Assembly (NCBI GenBank): GCA_050173015.1
Contig: JBFXLE010000024.1
Location: forward strand, 1-64,000
DNA: 64,000 nt
Reading direction: 5' to 3'
DNA from: Calditrichaceae bacterium
Lineage (GTDB): Bacteria; Calditrichota; Calditrichia; Calditrichales; JBFXGD01
Below, piece after piece: positions 38,231-47,931 of this stretch. The notes under the pieces were generated by a model. It was given only the letters and a program-made list of their open reading frames with translations, was not told the DNA's origin and ran no database searches. The position numbers and the translations under genes were made by a program. Positions within the stretch are counted from its first letter, which is position 1. Each line of letters begins with the position of its first letter.

Positions 38231-39076
38231 TTAAGATCCCAGATATATTGCGATTAAACCGACGACCATATCTAATTTTAACAGATGACTCCATTTTCCA
38301 AGCGCCGAATGATCATTCCATTTCCAGATTGAGATCGAAACGATTAAAAGTACCAGATCCACGCCAAACACGACAACAAACAGATAGGTCAGATTGTATA
38401 TATTTAAAATATAAGGAACAATGGTAAGTGTTATCAATAAAATAAAAATAAGGTTAACCAGGGCAATTGAGCTCTTCATGCCTTTTTTCCCGGCAAAGGT
38501 CACCGCGTTTTCAGAAAGATCCCCTTCAATATCCTGCATATCCTTGATGATTTCCCTCCCAAAATGAAAGAAAAACGCGAAAATTCCCGGGATAATGCCC
38601 GCGGGCCAGTCATACACCGCCATGGCTCCGTAAATAAAGGCGACTCCCGTCGAGAAACTCACCATAATATTTCCCCACAGAATGGTTCTCTTTAACACCG
38701 CGCTGTACCAATAAAGACACGCGGCGACAAGGGATGCGACAAAAAACATATCCCAGCCGCTAAAAACGGCGATAATCAAAGCCAGTCCATAGGAAAAATA
38801 GAAAAATTTCCATGCCGTCTCTGTAGAGACAGCGCCCGAGGGAAGCAGCCTCCCCGGTTTGTTGATCCGGTCAATTTGAATATCATAAATGTCATTTATA
38901 ATATTTGCCCCGCAGGTAATCAATGCCGCCACCAATCCTCCGAGGATTAATCTCGTATTCACATGAAACTGACTTGATATCAGAGCAGCCACCCAAATAC
39001 TTATAATTGAAATAAGCACATTTAGCGGCCGAATGATTTTTAAATAATGTCTGAGATACGAGATACCACTTTTCAC
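38231..39076 (-). CDS. UbiA-family prenyltransferase, DGGGP-synthase-like
   Basis: KIIRPLN, NIINDIYDIQIDRINKPGR, YS..LKR..WGN, REIIKDMQDIEGD; GTG start at 39076 just after the upstream TAG. Confidence 0.85.
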   Translation of the reverse strand: MKSGISYLRHYLKIIRPLNVLISIISIWVAALISSQFHVNTRLILGGLVAALITCGANIINDIYDIQIDRINKPGRLLPSGAVSTETAWKFFYFSYGLALIIAVFSGWDMFFVASLVAACLYWYSAVLKRTILWGNIMVSFSTGVAFIYGAMAVYDWPAGIIPGIFAFFFHFGREIIKDMQDIEGDLSENAVTFAGKKGMKSSIALVNLIFILLITLTIVPYILNIYNLTYLFVVVFGVDLVLLIVSISIWKWNDHSALGKWSHLLKLDMVVGLIAIYLGS

Positions 39077-39077
39077 G

Positions 39078-40049
39078 CTATTTCCCTGATACGCTGTAAG
39101 ATGGTTCTTTTTCATTCGAAGGTCGGTTGCCCATCGATATAAAAAGCAGTTTTTCAGTCGTTGCGGCGCCCACTGCCATAAATGGCGTGTTATGCGCGAA
39201 AGCCCAGTTGCCATTTTTATCAAGCAGAATGATGCCTCCGTTTCCTGAAACACGGGTTTCCAGATCTTTAATCGCCAAATCCGCGGCAATATCGGCATTG
39301 TTCCCCGCCTTTAAATATTCAAGCGCGGTTTTCGCCAGCATCACACGCATAATACTCTCTCCCCATCCGGTAGTCGATGCCGCGCCAATGGTATCGTCGG
39401 CATAGTAACCGGCGCCTGCAATCGGACTGTCCCCGATTCGTCCCTGCATTTTGAAAGGTGTCCCGCCTGTGGATGTTCCGGCGGCCATCTCCCCCCTGCT
39501 ATTGATAACCACCGCTCCCACGGTATCACTCGGCGTGGGTTTGTCCTCAAAAAATGATTTTATCCTAACCTTTCCCTGCAACTTTAAAGAAAGATAACGT
39601 TCTTTTTCACGTCCGGTTAAGAGGGATTCGGTACTCACCATTTCGATTGCGTTCTTTTTAGCAAAAATTGTCGCGCCCTCTCCCGCAAGCATAACATGCT
39701 GTGTTTTTGCTCGAACCAGTTCAGCCACTTCAATCGGATGTTTCACTTGCTGTATTGCCGCCACCGCGCCAACGGTCAGATCTGCTCCGTACATAATCCC
39801 CGCATCCATTTCCACTTCACCGGCGTCATTCAGGAATGAACCGGTGCCCGCGTCAAAGGCCGGATCATTTTCAAGTATTTTAATTATTTCTATAACGGTC
39901 TCAACAGGATCATCTGTCTCTTTTAATATTTTTTGACCTGCCCGCAGAGCGTTTTCAATACCATTTACATGGTCCTGATGAGCGCTGATCGGTATATCCC
40001 ACGCTCCGCCATGGACAAGAATTACAGGATTTATTGTCTTTCCGGTCAT
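39078..40049 (-). CDS. Isoaspartyl peptidase/L-asparaginase (Ntn hydrolase)
   Basis: VHGGAW, LENDPAFDAG, D|TVGAV, TSTGG, GRIGDSP. Confidence 0.93.
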   Translation of the reverse strand: MTGKTINPVILVHGGAWDIPISAHQDHVNGIENALRAGQKILKETDDPVETVIEIIKILENDPAFDAGTGSFLNDAGEVEMDAGIMYGADLTVGAVAAIQQVKHPIEVAELVRAKTQHVMLAGEGATIFAKKNAIEMVSTESLLTGREKERYLSLKLQGKVRIKSFFEDKPTPSDTVGAVVINSRGEMAAGTSTGGTPFKMQGRIGDSPIAGAGYYADDTIGAASTTGWGESIMRVMLAKTALEYLKAGNNADIAADLAIKDLETRVSGNGGIILLDKNGNWAFAHNTPFMAVGAATTEKLLFISMGNRPSNEKEPSYSVSGK

Positions 40050-40158
40050 CTAAAGTCCTTTTTCAAAATTTCAAATTGAATTTAAACAGAAAGCCGCAAT
40101 TGATCAATAAATTGCTATGGAAGGAAAAGATTTTTCTTTGGATCTCTTACCCGGTAAA

Positions 40159-40923
40159 TCAAAGGTTTTTCTGAAGTAATTTTAAGAATTGATAAAGGAA
40201 ATCCTTTTCAGCCGGTGTAAAATCCGGCGACTGCATTCCGTTTTCAATTAAATCCCTTACAACCTGCTTACTTTGAGCCGCATAATACCGGTCGCTTTCG
40301 TTCTCTACCGTTCTGATTTTTACCAGTTTTTTGTTCTGCAAACCACCGATCAATGTTTCCAGAGTATTTAAAGTTCCCTTATATTGGAGCAGGCTATCAG
40401 TATAAAGATCCGCTGCCGAACATCCGGGATTCTTCCATAAAGCAATCAATATCATCCTTTGTTCATTTTCTATGATATAGTCCCGCGCGGAAATTTCTAT
40501 TTTTTTCCCGATGTCAATATATTTCGCGGCAAGCCTGGCGGCCAGCACCGCTGCTACCGGCAGGGGCAGAAAACTATCGGACCGGGGCCGGTTCATGATC
40601 TGATCCATCCTGTCACTGACAATGCGAGGTGTATAATACGAACTTCCGCGTGTGTCAAGAAAAAGAGGATTCGCCGGAATGATATTTTCCGGACTGTAAT
40701 AAGGTGAATGGCCGCGCGCGGTCTCATATTCCAGTTTTATATAAAATGAGTCCTGAAAAAAAGGCACCGTTGTAATATTTTTAAATGAATATTTCAGACC
40801 GAGCGGTGGTATCAGATTCGTCGAGTCGGCCCCGATCTGCTGATTTTTTATATTTAATACGGAAAAATCCTGACCTAGAACAGAGGATAAGGATAGGATA
40901 TAGAACAACAGCAGGCGTTTCAT
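40159..40923 (-). CDS. Hypothetical exported protein
   Basis: MKRLLLFYILSLSSVLGQ signal-like N-terminus; long ORF co-oriented with neighbours. Confidence 0.65.
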   Translation of the reverse strand: MKRLLLFYILSLSSVLGQDFSVLNIKNQQIGADSTNLIPPLGLKYSFKNITTVPFFQDSFYIKLEYETARGHSPYYSPENIIPANPLFLDTRGSSYYTPRIVSDRMDQIMNRPRSDSFLPLPVAAVLAARLAAKYIDIGKKIEISARDYIIENEQRMILIALWKNPGCSAADLYTDSLLQYKGTLNTLETLIGGLQNKKLVKIRTVENESDRYYAAQSKQVVRDLIENGMQSPDFTPAEKDFLYQFLKLLQKNL

Positions 40924-40952
40924 GCCATGCACCAACCATTTTTATGGAAATA

Positions 40953-40975
40953 TCAGGCGTCTGAATGACGCCTGA
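40953..40975 (-). terminator. Hairpin after gatB
   Basis: TCAGGCGTC-tgaat-GACGCCTGA. Confidence 0.6.
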
Positions 40976-40978
40976 ATC

Positions 40979-42451
40979 TTAACTTTCGTCAGTCGGGGAG
41001 AAACCACCAAGTTTTTCCCTGAGTATTTCATTAATCACCACAGGATTTGCTTTTCCCTTTGAGGCTTTCATCACCTGCCCGACAAAAAATCCGAACAGTT
41101 TCGTCTTGCCGTTTTTGTAAGCTTCAACCTGTGCCGGATTTTCATCAAAAATCCGGTCGATGATTGATTCAATCACCGATCCGTCTGACACTTGTTTCAA
41201 TCCGAGCTCATCTATCAGGGCACTCACGGATTTCTCAGAAACCAATAGTTTCTCAAAGACCGTTTTGGCCGCGCTGCCGCTAATCGTATTCTTAATTACG
41301 GCATTCAGAAGGTCAGCCAATTTTGCCGGAGTTATCCCGAGGTCATTTATTTCTTTTTTCTGGTCTTTCATCACTCGCATCACTTCACCCATAATCCAGT
41401 TACTCACCAGTTTAGGATCCGCGCAATGTTCCGTTACGGCTTCAAAATACTCCGCCACATCCCTGGATGATGTTATCACTTCGGCATTATAAAACGGTAT
41501 CTCATATTGTTCGATGAATCTCTTCATTTTCGCTTCCGGAAGCTCCGGCATGGATTTCTTAATTTCTTCCAGCCACTCCGCGTTGATAATCACCGGTACC
41601 AGATCCGGTTCCGGAAAATACCTGTAATCATGCGACTCTTCTTTGCTTCGCATTGAGATTGCCTTGTTCTGTACCGGATCCCAAAGCAGTGTCTCCTGTT
41701 TAATGGTTCCGCCGTTTCTCAGAGTTTCCGTCTGCCGGTCCATTTCGTATTGAAGCGCTCTTTCAACATTTCTGAAAGAATTCATGTTTTTTAACTCGGT
41801 TTTAACACCAAATTTTTCCTGCCCGACCGGACGCATACTTACATTGGCGTCACACCGAAGACTGCCTTCTTCCATATTGCCGTCACAAATTTCCAGATAG
41901 CGGACAAGCTGCCTGATTCGTGTGAGATACTCATAGGCTTCACGCGGTGATCGCAGATCCGGCTCACTGACGATCTCTATGAGCGGAACTCCGCATCGGT
42001 TTAAATCAACCAGCGTTTCATCATCCTGCACGTATGTTTCATCATGCATTGATTTTCCGGCATCCTCTTCCATGTGGATTCTGGTAATCCCAATACGCTT
42101 TTCGTGTCCATCAATATTAATCGTGATGTGGCCGTGTTCACAGATTGGTTCGTCAAATTGAGAAATCTGATAGCCTTTTGGCAAATCAGGATAAAAATAA
42201 TTCTTTCGGGCAAATTTATTGAATCGGGCAATCTCCGAATCTGTTGCCAGACCCATTTTGAGTGCAAATTCCACCACTTTTTTGTTTAACACCGGCAGCG
42301 TACCGGGCATTCCAAGACAAACCGGACATGTCTGAGAATTTGGTTCTGCTCCGAATTCCGCGCTACAGTTACAAAAGATTTTTGTTTTAGTCGCAAGCTG
42401 CGCGTGAACTTCCAGTCCGATTACCGCTTCATAATTCATCTTATCATCCAT
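40979..42451 (-). CDS. gatB: Asp/Glu-tRNA amidotransferase subunit B
   Basis: VIGLEVHAQL, RKNYFYPDLPKGYQISQ, HMEEDAGK, DYRYFPEPDL. Confidence 0.98.
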   Translation of the reverse strand: MDDKMNYEAVIGLEVHAQLATKTKIFCNCSAEFGAEPNSQTCPVCLGMPGTLPVLNKKVVEFALKMGLATDSEIARFNKFARKNYFYPDLPKGYQISQFDEPICEHGHITINIDGHEKRIGITRIHMEEDAGKSMHDETYVQDDETLVDLNRCGVPLIEIVSEPDLRSPREAYEYLTRIRQLVRYLEICDGNMEEGSLRCDANVSMRPVGQEKFGVKTELKNMNSFRNVERALQYEMDRQTETLRNGGTIKQETLLWDPVQNKAISMRSKEESHDYRYFPEPDLVPVIINAEWLEEIKKSMPELPEAKMKRFIEQYEIPFYNAEVITSSRDVAEYFEAVTEHCADPKLVSNWIMGEVMRVMKDQKKEINDLGITPAKLADLLNAVIKNTISGSAAKTVFEKLLVSEKSVSALIDELGLKQVSDGSVIESIIDRIFDENPAQVEAYKNGKTKLFGFFVGQVMKASKGKANPVVINEILREKLGGFSPTDES

Positions 42452-42506
42452 TTAATATATCTAAACCTGTTTATAAAATTATTATTTGACACGCGGGAAT
42501 TAACGA

Positions 42507-43934
42507 TTATTGTTTTTCCACCATTTTTTCGATATAATCGCCGACGCGGAAAAGCATACCCTCGTTAAAGGTGTTTGAAAGCAGCTGAATCCCGAAAGGC
42601 ATACCGTTCGGATGCTTACCCACCGGAACACTCATCGCGCAGATACCGGCCAAATTTGCGGAGACAGTATAAATATCAGAAAGATACATGGCCAGCGGAT
42701 CATCTATTTTTTCACCTAAACCGAACGCGGTTGTCGGTGTGGTGGGAGTTACTATTACATCCAGCTTTGCAAAGGCCTCATCCAGTTCATTTTTAATTAA
42801 TCTGCGGGCCTTTTGTGCTTTTTTGTAATAGGCGTCATAATAACCGGAGGAAAGCACGTACGTTCCCAGCATAATTCTGCGTCTGACTTCGTCACCAAAT
42901 CCCTGGCTGCGTGTTTTTGAGTACATATCGATCAGATCATCGCCTGATTTTCTTATACTCAACCCGTATCTGACACCATCGTATCGGGCAAGATTTGATG
43001 ATGCTTCCGCGGTGGCGATAATATAGTAAACTGAAATTCCGTATTGTGAAGTCGGCATTTTTATTTTTTGTACTTCAGCCCCCTGCTCCCGCAGCCGGTC
43101 AACCATCCCCAGAACACCGTCGCGAATGTGTTCATCAAGGCCTTCCCCAAAATACTCATCAGGAATACCAATTCTGACACCCTTAACATCACGACCCAGA
43201 TATTCTGAATAATCCGGAACCACCACATCGGCGGAGGTTGAGTCATTCTTATCGTATCCGGCAATCTGCCCAAATACCAGCGCGTTATCACCGACAGTGG
43301 GCGTAAATGTCCCTATCTGATCAAGGGAAGAAGCAAAGGCCACTAATCCGTATCTTGAAACGCGTCCATAGGAAGGTTTTAAGCCAACAATCCCCGTAAA
43401 AGAAGCGGGTTGACGGATTGATCCACCCGTTTCGCTGCCAAGCGCCGCGTCGGCCATGCCTGAGGCCACGGATACAGCGGAACCACCGCTTGATCCACCC
43501 GGTACTTTGGTTCTGTCAACAGGATTTCTGACGGGGCCAAAACTTGAATTTTCATTGGAAGATCCCATGGCGTATTCATCCATATTCGTTTTCCCGATGA
43601 AAATAGCGCCGGCTTTTTCGAGTTTATTTATCACTGTGGCATTGTATGGTGACTTGAACGGCTGCAAAATTTTGCTGCCGCAGGTCGTGTTTTCATTTTT
43701 TATGTTAATATTATCTTTAATGGCGATAACAACTCCCGCCAGTGGTCCGGGGTCCTTACCATCCTGAATATTCTGATCGATTGCTACCGCTTTTTTGCGG
43801 GCATTTTCTTCGAGGATATTTATAAAAGCATTCAGCTCTTTGTTTTTTTGTGTTTGTTCCAGATACTTTTCTAATTTATCGACAGCTTTAATCTGACCAT
43901 TCTTAACCGCGAGTACTTTTTGATTTAAAGTCAT
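42507..43934 (-). CDS. gatA: Asp/Glu-tRNA amidotransferase subunit A
   Basis: GKTNMDEYAMGSS, PGGSSGGS, SSNLARYDGVRYG, GTYVLSSGYYDAYY. Confidence 0.98.
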   Translation of the reverse strand: MTLNQKVLAVKNGQIKAVDKLEKYLEQTQKNKELNAFINILEENARKKAVAIDQNIQDGKDPGPLAGVVIAIKDNINIKNENTTCGSKILQPFKSPYNATVINKLEKAGAIFIGKTNMDEYAMGSSNENSSFGPVRNPVDRTKVPGGSSGGSAVSVASGMADAALGSETGGSIRQPASFTGIVGLKPSYGRVSRYGLVAFASSLDQIGTFTPTVGDNALVFGQIAGYDKNDSTSADVVVPDYSEYLGRDVKGVRIGIPDEYFGEGLDEHIRDGVLGMVDRLREQGAEVQKIKMPTSQYGISVYYIIATAEASSNLARYDGVRYGLSIRKSGDDLIDMYSKTRSQGFGDEVRRRIMLGTYVLSSGYYDAYYKKAQKARRLIKNELDEAFAKLDVIVTPTTPTTAFGLGEKIDDPLAMYLSDIYTVSANLAGICAMSVPVGKHPNGMPFGIQLLSNTFNEGMLFRVGDYIEKMVEKQ

Positions 43935-44174
43935 TTATTCTTTCTCGTCTTTTTCCTGTTCAGCGTTTCCTGATTTTTCTGCTTGATCCTTTTTCTTCTC
44001 TTTAACAGCCGGTTTGCTCAAATCCAGTTCATCCTGGATTTCATTGGTAGCTTTCTTAAATTCTCTGATTCCGCGTCCAAGACCCTGAGCCAGCTCGGGT
44101 AATTTTTTTGAACCAAAAACCAGTAATATAATAAAAAGAATCACCAGCAATTCTGTTGTTCCAATTCCAAACAT
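43935..44174 (-). CDS. tatA: Twin-arginine translocase TatA/E
   Basis: [34 protein letters not shown]. Confidence 0.95.
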   Translation of the reverse strand: MFGIGTTELLVILFIILLVFGSKKLPELAQGLGRGIREFKKATNEIQDELDLSKPAVKEKKKDQAEKSGNAEQEKDEKE

Positions 44175-44197
44175 GTTTGGGCACCTCTTAAATAAAG

Positions 44198-44461
44198 TTA
44201 ATCAACCCAGCGTAATGCATACGCGGCAATTAATATACCTATAACACCCATCACGTTGAGCTTAAGCGTAAATCCAAGCGTCAACGTTACAATGATGATG
44301 TTTAGCGTACCGGGCCCTATGGAAGCGGTTACCGATTTCAGAAAGAAATCCTTCACAACCCCCGCAGGTACCAGATAAGTGACTATTTCCCCCAAAGCAG
44401 AACCAATCAGCGCGCCGATAAATATAACCGTTATAATAAAACCCAGGCTCTTCTTCTTCAT
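44198..44461 (-). CDS. Small membrane protein (DUF4321-like)
   Basis: [29 protein letters not shown]. Confidence 0.7.
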   Translation of the reverse strand: MKKKSLGFIITVIFIGALIGSALGEIVTYLVPAGVVKDFFLKSVTASIGPGTLNIIIVTLTLGFTLKLNVMGVIGILIAAYALRWVD

Positions 44462-44518
44462 TGTGTTCCTCACAGATATTGAATATTGCACATTCCGCGC
44501 ATTAGCGCTTCCAGGATT

Positions 44519-45265
44519 TTATTTCCCTGATTTCACCTTAGTTTTTTCTTCCTCATCCGAAGTAGATCCCAGCTTATATAAAAACCGGATTAAACCGCTG
44601 AATACATATAACATCATGTAGGGAAAAATCAGTTCCTGAGGAAAAATGATCAGGGTAACAATGGAAATAATCATTAAGGAGACCATGATTTTCTGGGTAC
44701 TGCTTCCCTTGAATGAAAAATTAGGCATTATTTCATAACGAATGGTACTAACCATTAATACCGATACGAGAAACGTCAGAACCAGCAATAATTTTGGGAA
44801 ATATTTATCCGGAAAAAACTCGCTTACAAAAATAATATAGCCTGCCAGAACAATCGCGGCCGCAGGGGAAGGTAATCCGCTAAAATGATTTTTGTCAAAC
44901 CCGGAGAGCTGAACATTAAACCTGGCCAGGCGGATACTGCCGAACAACAAAGGGAAGAAACTAATAAATATGCCCACATGCCGCCATTGGGAGAAGTAAA
45001 ACGCGTAGATTAGAACCGCCGGCGCCAGCCCGAAAGACACTACATCCGCGAGGGAATCATATTCGACGCCAAACTTGCTGGAAGAATTTGTTATTCTGGC
45101 CACCTTCCCGTCCATTGAGTCAAGAAACGCCGCCAATACAATCATCCAGGAAGCCAGCACAACATCTTTGTTAAATACGGCAAAAATGACTGCCATAAAT
45201 CCACAAAACATATTTCCAACAGTGAAAAAGTTAGGTACGATTGTCCTGGATACTCTTAGCGCCAT
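44519..45265 (-). CDS. pssA: CDP-diacylglycerol--serine O-phosphatidyltransferase
   Basis: PNFFTVGN, DSMDGKVAR..FGVEYDSLADVVSFG, RLARFN. Confidence 0.95.
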   Translation of the reverse strand: MALRVSRTIVPNFFTVGNMFCGFMAVIFAVFNKDVVLASWMIVLAAFLDSMDGKVARITNSSSKFGVEYDSLADVVSFGLAPAVLIYAFYFSQWRHVGIFISFFPLLFGSIRLARFNVQLSGFDKNHFSGLPSPAAAIVLAGYIIFVSEFFPDKYFPKLLLVLTFLVSVLMVSTIRYEIMPNFSFKGSSTQKIMVSLMIISIVTLIIFPQELIFPYMMLYVFSGLIRFLYKLGSTSDEEEKTKVKSGK

Positions 45266-45903
45266 TAAAACTCTCCGATAATTGTTGATCCGCCTTTGAC
45301 TTTGTCCTTAGGTTTTACATGTACTTTTACGGAAAGCGGAAAAAACATGTCCACCCGGGATCCATATTTAATCATTCCAAAACGATCGCCCGCGCTTACC
45401 TGATCACCTTTGTTAAGACGGAATACAATGCGTCGGGCAATTAAGCCGGCAATCTGCTTGAACAGCATCCGTCCGTGTTGCGTTTTTATTCCGATCACCG
45501 ATTGTTCATTGAAATCAGAAGCTCCATCCGCGAAGGCGAGAAGATATTTACCCTCTTTGTAATTAAGATAATCGATTTCACCGGCAATGGGAATGCGGTT
45601 CACATGGACGTTAAAAACAGAAAGAAAGATACAGACCCGTGTGACTTTTTCCTGAAAATATTCATTTTCCACCATCTCATCTACTTTCAGGACAGTCCCG
45701 TCGGCGGGTGATAATATCAAATTATTCCCTTCTGGTATTTCACGCTCAGGATCACGAAAAAAGAAGAAATGGAAAATAAATACCACACCGATGAGTCCCG
45801 TGATACTATACGCGATAATACTGGCGGAAAAAACGGAAACGATTATAAATCCAACCAGGGCCAGCCCCGTATAGATTACAATTGAATATCCATCTTTAGT
45901 CAT
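45265..45903 (-). CDS. psd: Phosphatidylserine decarboxylase
   Basis: FFRDPER, SPADG, IFLSVFNVHVNR, YG|SRVD. Confidence 0.95.
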   Translation of the reverse strand: MTKDGYSIVIYTGLALVGFIIVSVFSASIIAYSITGLIGVVFIFHFFFFRDPEREIPEGNNLILSPADGTVLKVDEMVENEYFQEKVTRVCIFLSVFNVHVNRIPIAGEIDYLNYKEGKYLLAFADGASDFNEQSVIGIKTQHGRMLFKQIAGLIARRIVFRLNKGDQVSAGDRFGMIKYGSRVDMFFPLSVKVHVKPKDKVKGGSTIIGEF

Positions 45904-45911
45904 ATTTGCCT

Positions 45912-46625
45912 CTATTCTCCGATCACCCGGTTATAAATCTCCTGATAGGCTTCTTCAACCTTTCCCATATCAAAGCGGAACCGGTCCTTATCTAATTTTT
46001 CATTACTCTGCATGTCCCAGAAACGGCATGTATCCGGTGATATTTCGTCACCGAGAATGACCTGATTCTGATAGCGGCCAAATTCCATTTTAAAATCAAT
46101 CAGTTTTAATTGCCGTCTCTCAAAATGAGCCTTCAGCACCGCGTTAATTTTCGCGGCAAGCCTGGCTATATGCTTCATTTCATCCGGTGTCGCGTAATCG
46201 AGCGCGTAGGCAAATGATTCAGAAATAAGCGGATCGTGCATATCATCATTTTTCAGGAAGTATTCGATAAGTGGATATTTCAGCACTTTACCTTCTTCCA
46301 CACCATACCTTTTGCACAGGCTCCCGGCGGCCACATTTCTTATCACCACTTCGACCGGAATGATATCCAGTTTTTTAACAAGCATTTCTTTATCGCTGAT
46401 TTTCTCGATAAAATGCGTCGGAATATTATAGCTTTCTAAAAATTCGAACAATTTTGATGAAATTGCATTGTTCAGAACACCCTTGTTCTTAATTTTTCCT
46501 TTTTTCCCCCCGTCAAAGGCGGTTGCATCGTCTTTAAACTCTTGAATTACCTGGTCTTCTTTATCGGTAGCATAGACTTTTTTTGCTTTTCCTTCATAAA
46601 GGAGTTTTTTGTCAGCCAAGATCAT
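45912..46625 (-). CDS. purC: SAICAR synthase
   Basis: LYEGKAK, FKDDATAF, DEISPDTCRFWD, LDKDRFR. Confidence 0.97.
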   Translation of the reverse strand: MILADKKLLYEGKAKKVYATDKEDQVIQEFKDDATAFDGGKKGKIKNKGVLNNAISSKLFEFLESYNIPTHFIEKISDKEMLVKKLDIIPVEVVIRNVAAGSLCKRYGVEEGKVLKYPLIEYFLKNDDMHDPLISESFAYALDYATPDEMKHIARLAAKINAVLKAHFERRQLKLIDFKMEFGRYQNQVILGDEISPDTCRFWDMQSNEKLDKDRFRFDMGKVEEAYQEIYNRVIGE

Positions 46626-46634
46626 TCCTCCCGT

Positions 46635-47927
46635 TTATAAACCAACCTTCTTAAATATATAATTGACATTTTTTAAGCGATGTTCGACAGAACAAAGTTC
46701 CTCAATCTCATGTTCATTTAAATATTTTTTTATTTCATCGTCGTTTTTAATTGCAGCTTCGAATTCAATGCCTTTTTCCCAAACTTTCATAGCATTCCGC
46801 TGAACCATGCTGTAAGCTCTTTCCCTCGAAACACTCTTTCTGGTCAAAGCCAGAAGAATAACCTGTGAATTGAAGAGGCCATGGGTGATATTTAAATTTT
46901 TAATCATATTTTCCGGAAAAACTTTCAGATTTGCGATTAATCCGGTCGATTTTTTTAGCATATAATAGACAATCAGTGTACTGTCAGGCAAAATAACTCT
47001 TTCAACGGAGGAATGCGAAATATCACGTTCATGCCAGAGCGCCATATTTTCCATTGCCGCGTGAGCATTTCCTCTCAGAAGTCTCGCCATTCCGGCAATC
47101 CGTTCACAAATGATCGGATTTTTTTTATGAGGCATGGCGGATGACCCTTTTTGTCCTTTGGTAAATGATTCTTCCGCTTCGAGTACTTCTGTTTTCTGGA
47201 GATGTCTGATTTCGACCGCTATCTTTTCAAGTGTTCCGCCAATCAGCGCGATGGTCGTCAGATAATGGGCATGGCGGTCGCGCTGAAGTATCTGAGTCGA
47301 AATATTTGCCGGTTTTAATCCTAATTTTTTACACACATATTCTTCAACCTGCGGATCGAGATGCTCATATGTCCCTACCGCCCCGGAAATTTGACCCACC
47401 CTAACTGACTCGATCGCCTCACTCAGTCTCGATTTCTGTCTGTTTAATTCATCATACCATACCGCCAGTTTTAATCCGAACGTGATAGGTTCAGCATGTA
47501 TCCCGTGTGTTCTTCCAATCATTAGTGTCTCTTTGAACTCCAGCGCTCTCCTGCCGACGGATTCAATTAATTCGTCAAGGGTTTGAGCAATCAAATTACC
47601 CGCTTCGACCATCTGCACCGCGAGAGCTGTGTCTAAAACGTCCGAGGAAGTAAGACCGTAATGTATGTATCTTGAACTTTCACCGACATATTCCGCGACA
47701 TTGGTAAGAAACGCGATTACGTCATGCTTAACTTCTTCTTCGATCTCAAGGACTCTGTTGACATCGAACTCAGCCTTTGCCCTGATCTGCTTTAGATCAT
47801 CTTCAGGAACAAGACCCAGCGTATGCTGCGCTTCACAAGCGGCTATTTCGATATCCAGCCAGATTCTGAAACGGTTCTTATCTTCCCAAAGTTGAGCCAT
47901 TTCCGGCAAAGAATAACGTTGAATCAA
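46635..47927 (-). CDS. purB: Adenylosuccinate lyase
   Basis: HDVIAF, GRTHGIHAEP, GSSAMPHKKNP. Confidence 0.97.
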   Translation of the reverse strand: MIQRYSLPEMAQLWEDKNRFRIWLDIEIAACEAQHTLGLVPEDDLKQIRAKAEFDVNRVLEIEEEVKHDVIAFLTNVAEYVGESSRYIHYGLTSSDVLDTALAVQMVEAGNLIAQTLDELIESVGRRALEFKETLMIGRTHGIHAEPITFGLKLAVWYDELNRQKSRLSEAIESVRVGQISGAVGTYEHLDPQVEEYVCKKLGLKPANISTQILQRDRHAHYLTTIALIGGTLEKIAVEIRHLQKTEVLEAEESFTKGQKGSSAMPHKKNPIICERIAGMARLLRGNAHAAMENMALWHERDISHSSVERVILPDSTLIVYYMLKKSTGLIANLKVFPENMIKNLNITHGLFNSQVILLALTRKSVSRERAYSMVQRNAMKVWEKGIEFEAAIKNDDEIKKYLNEHEIEELCSVEHRLKNVNYIFKKVGL

Positions 47928-47931
47928 CTTT

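Noticed and set aside
39077-39298. N-terminal extension of the UbiA ORF in the track
   Set aside because: Overlaps the isoaspartyl peptidase gene; family similarity begins at the GTG at 39076
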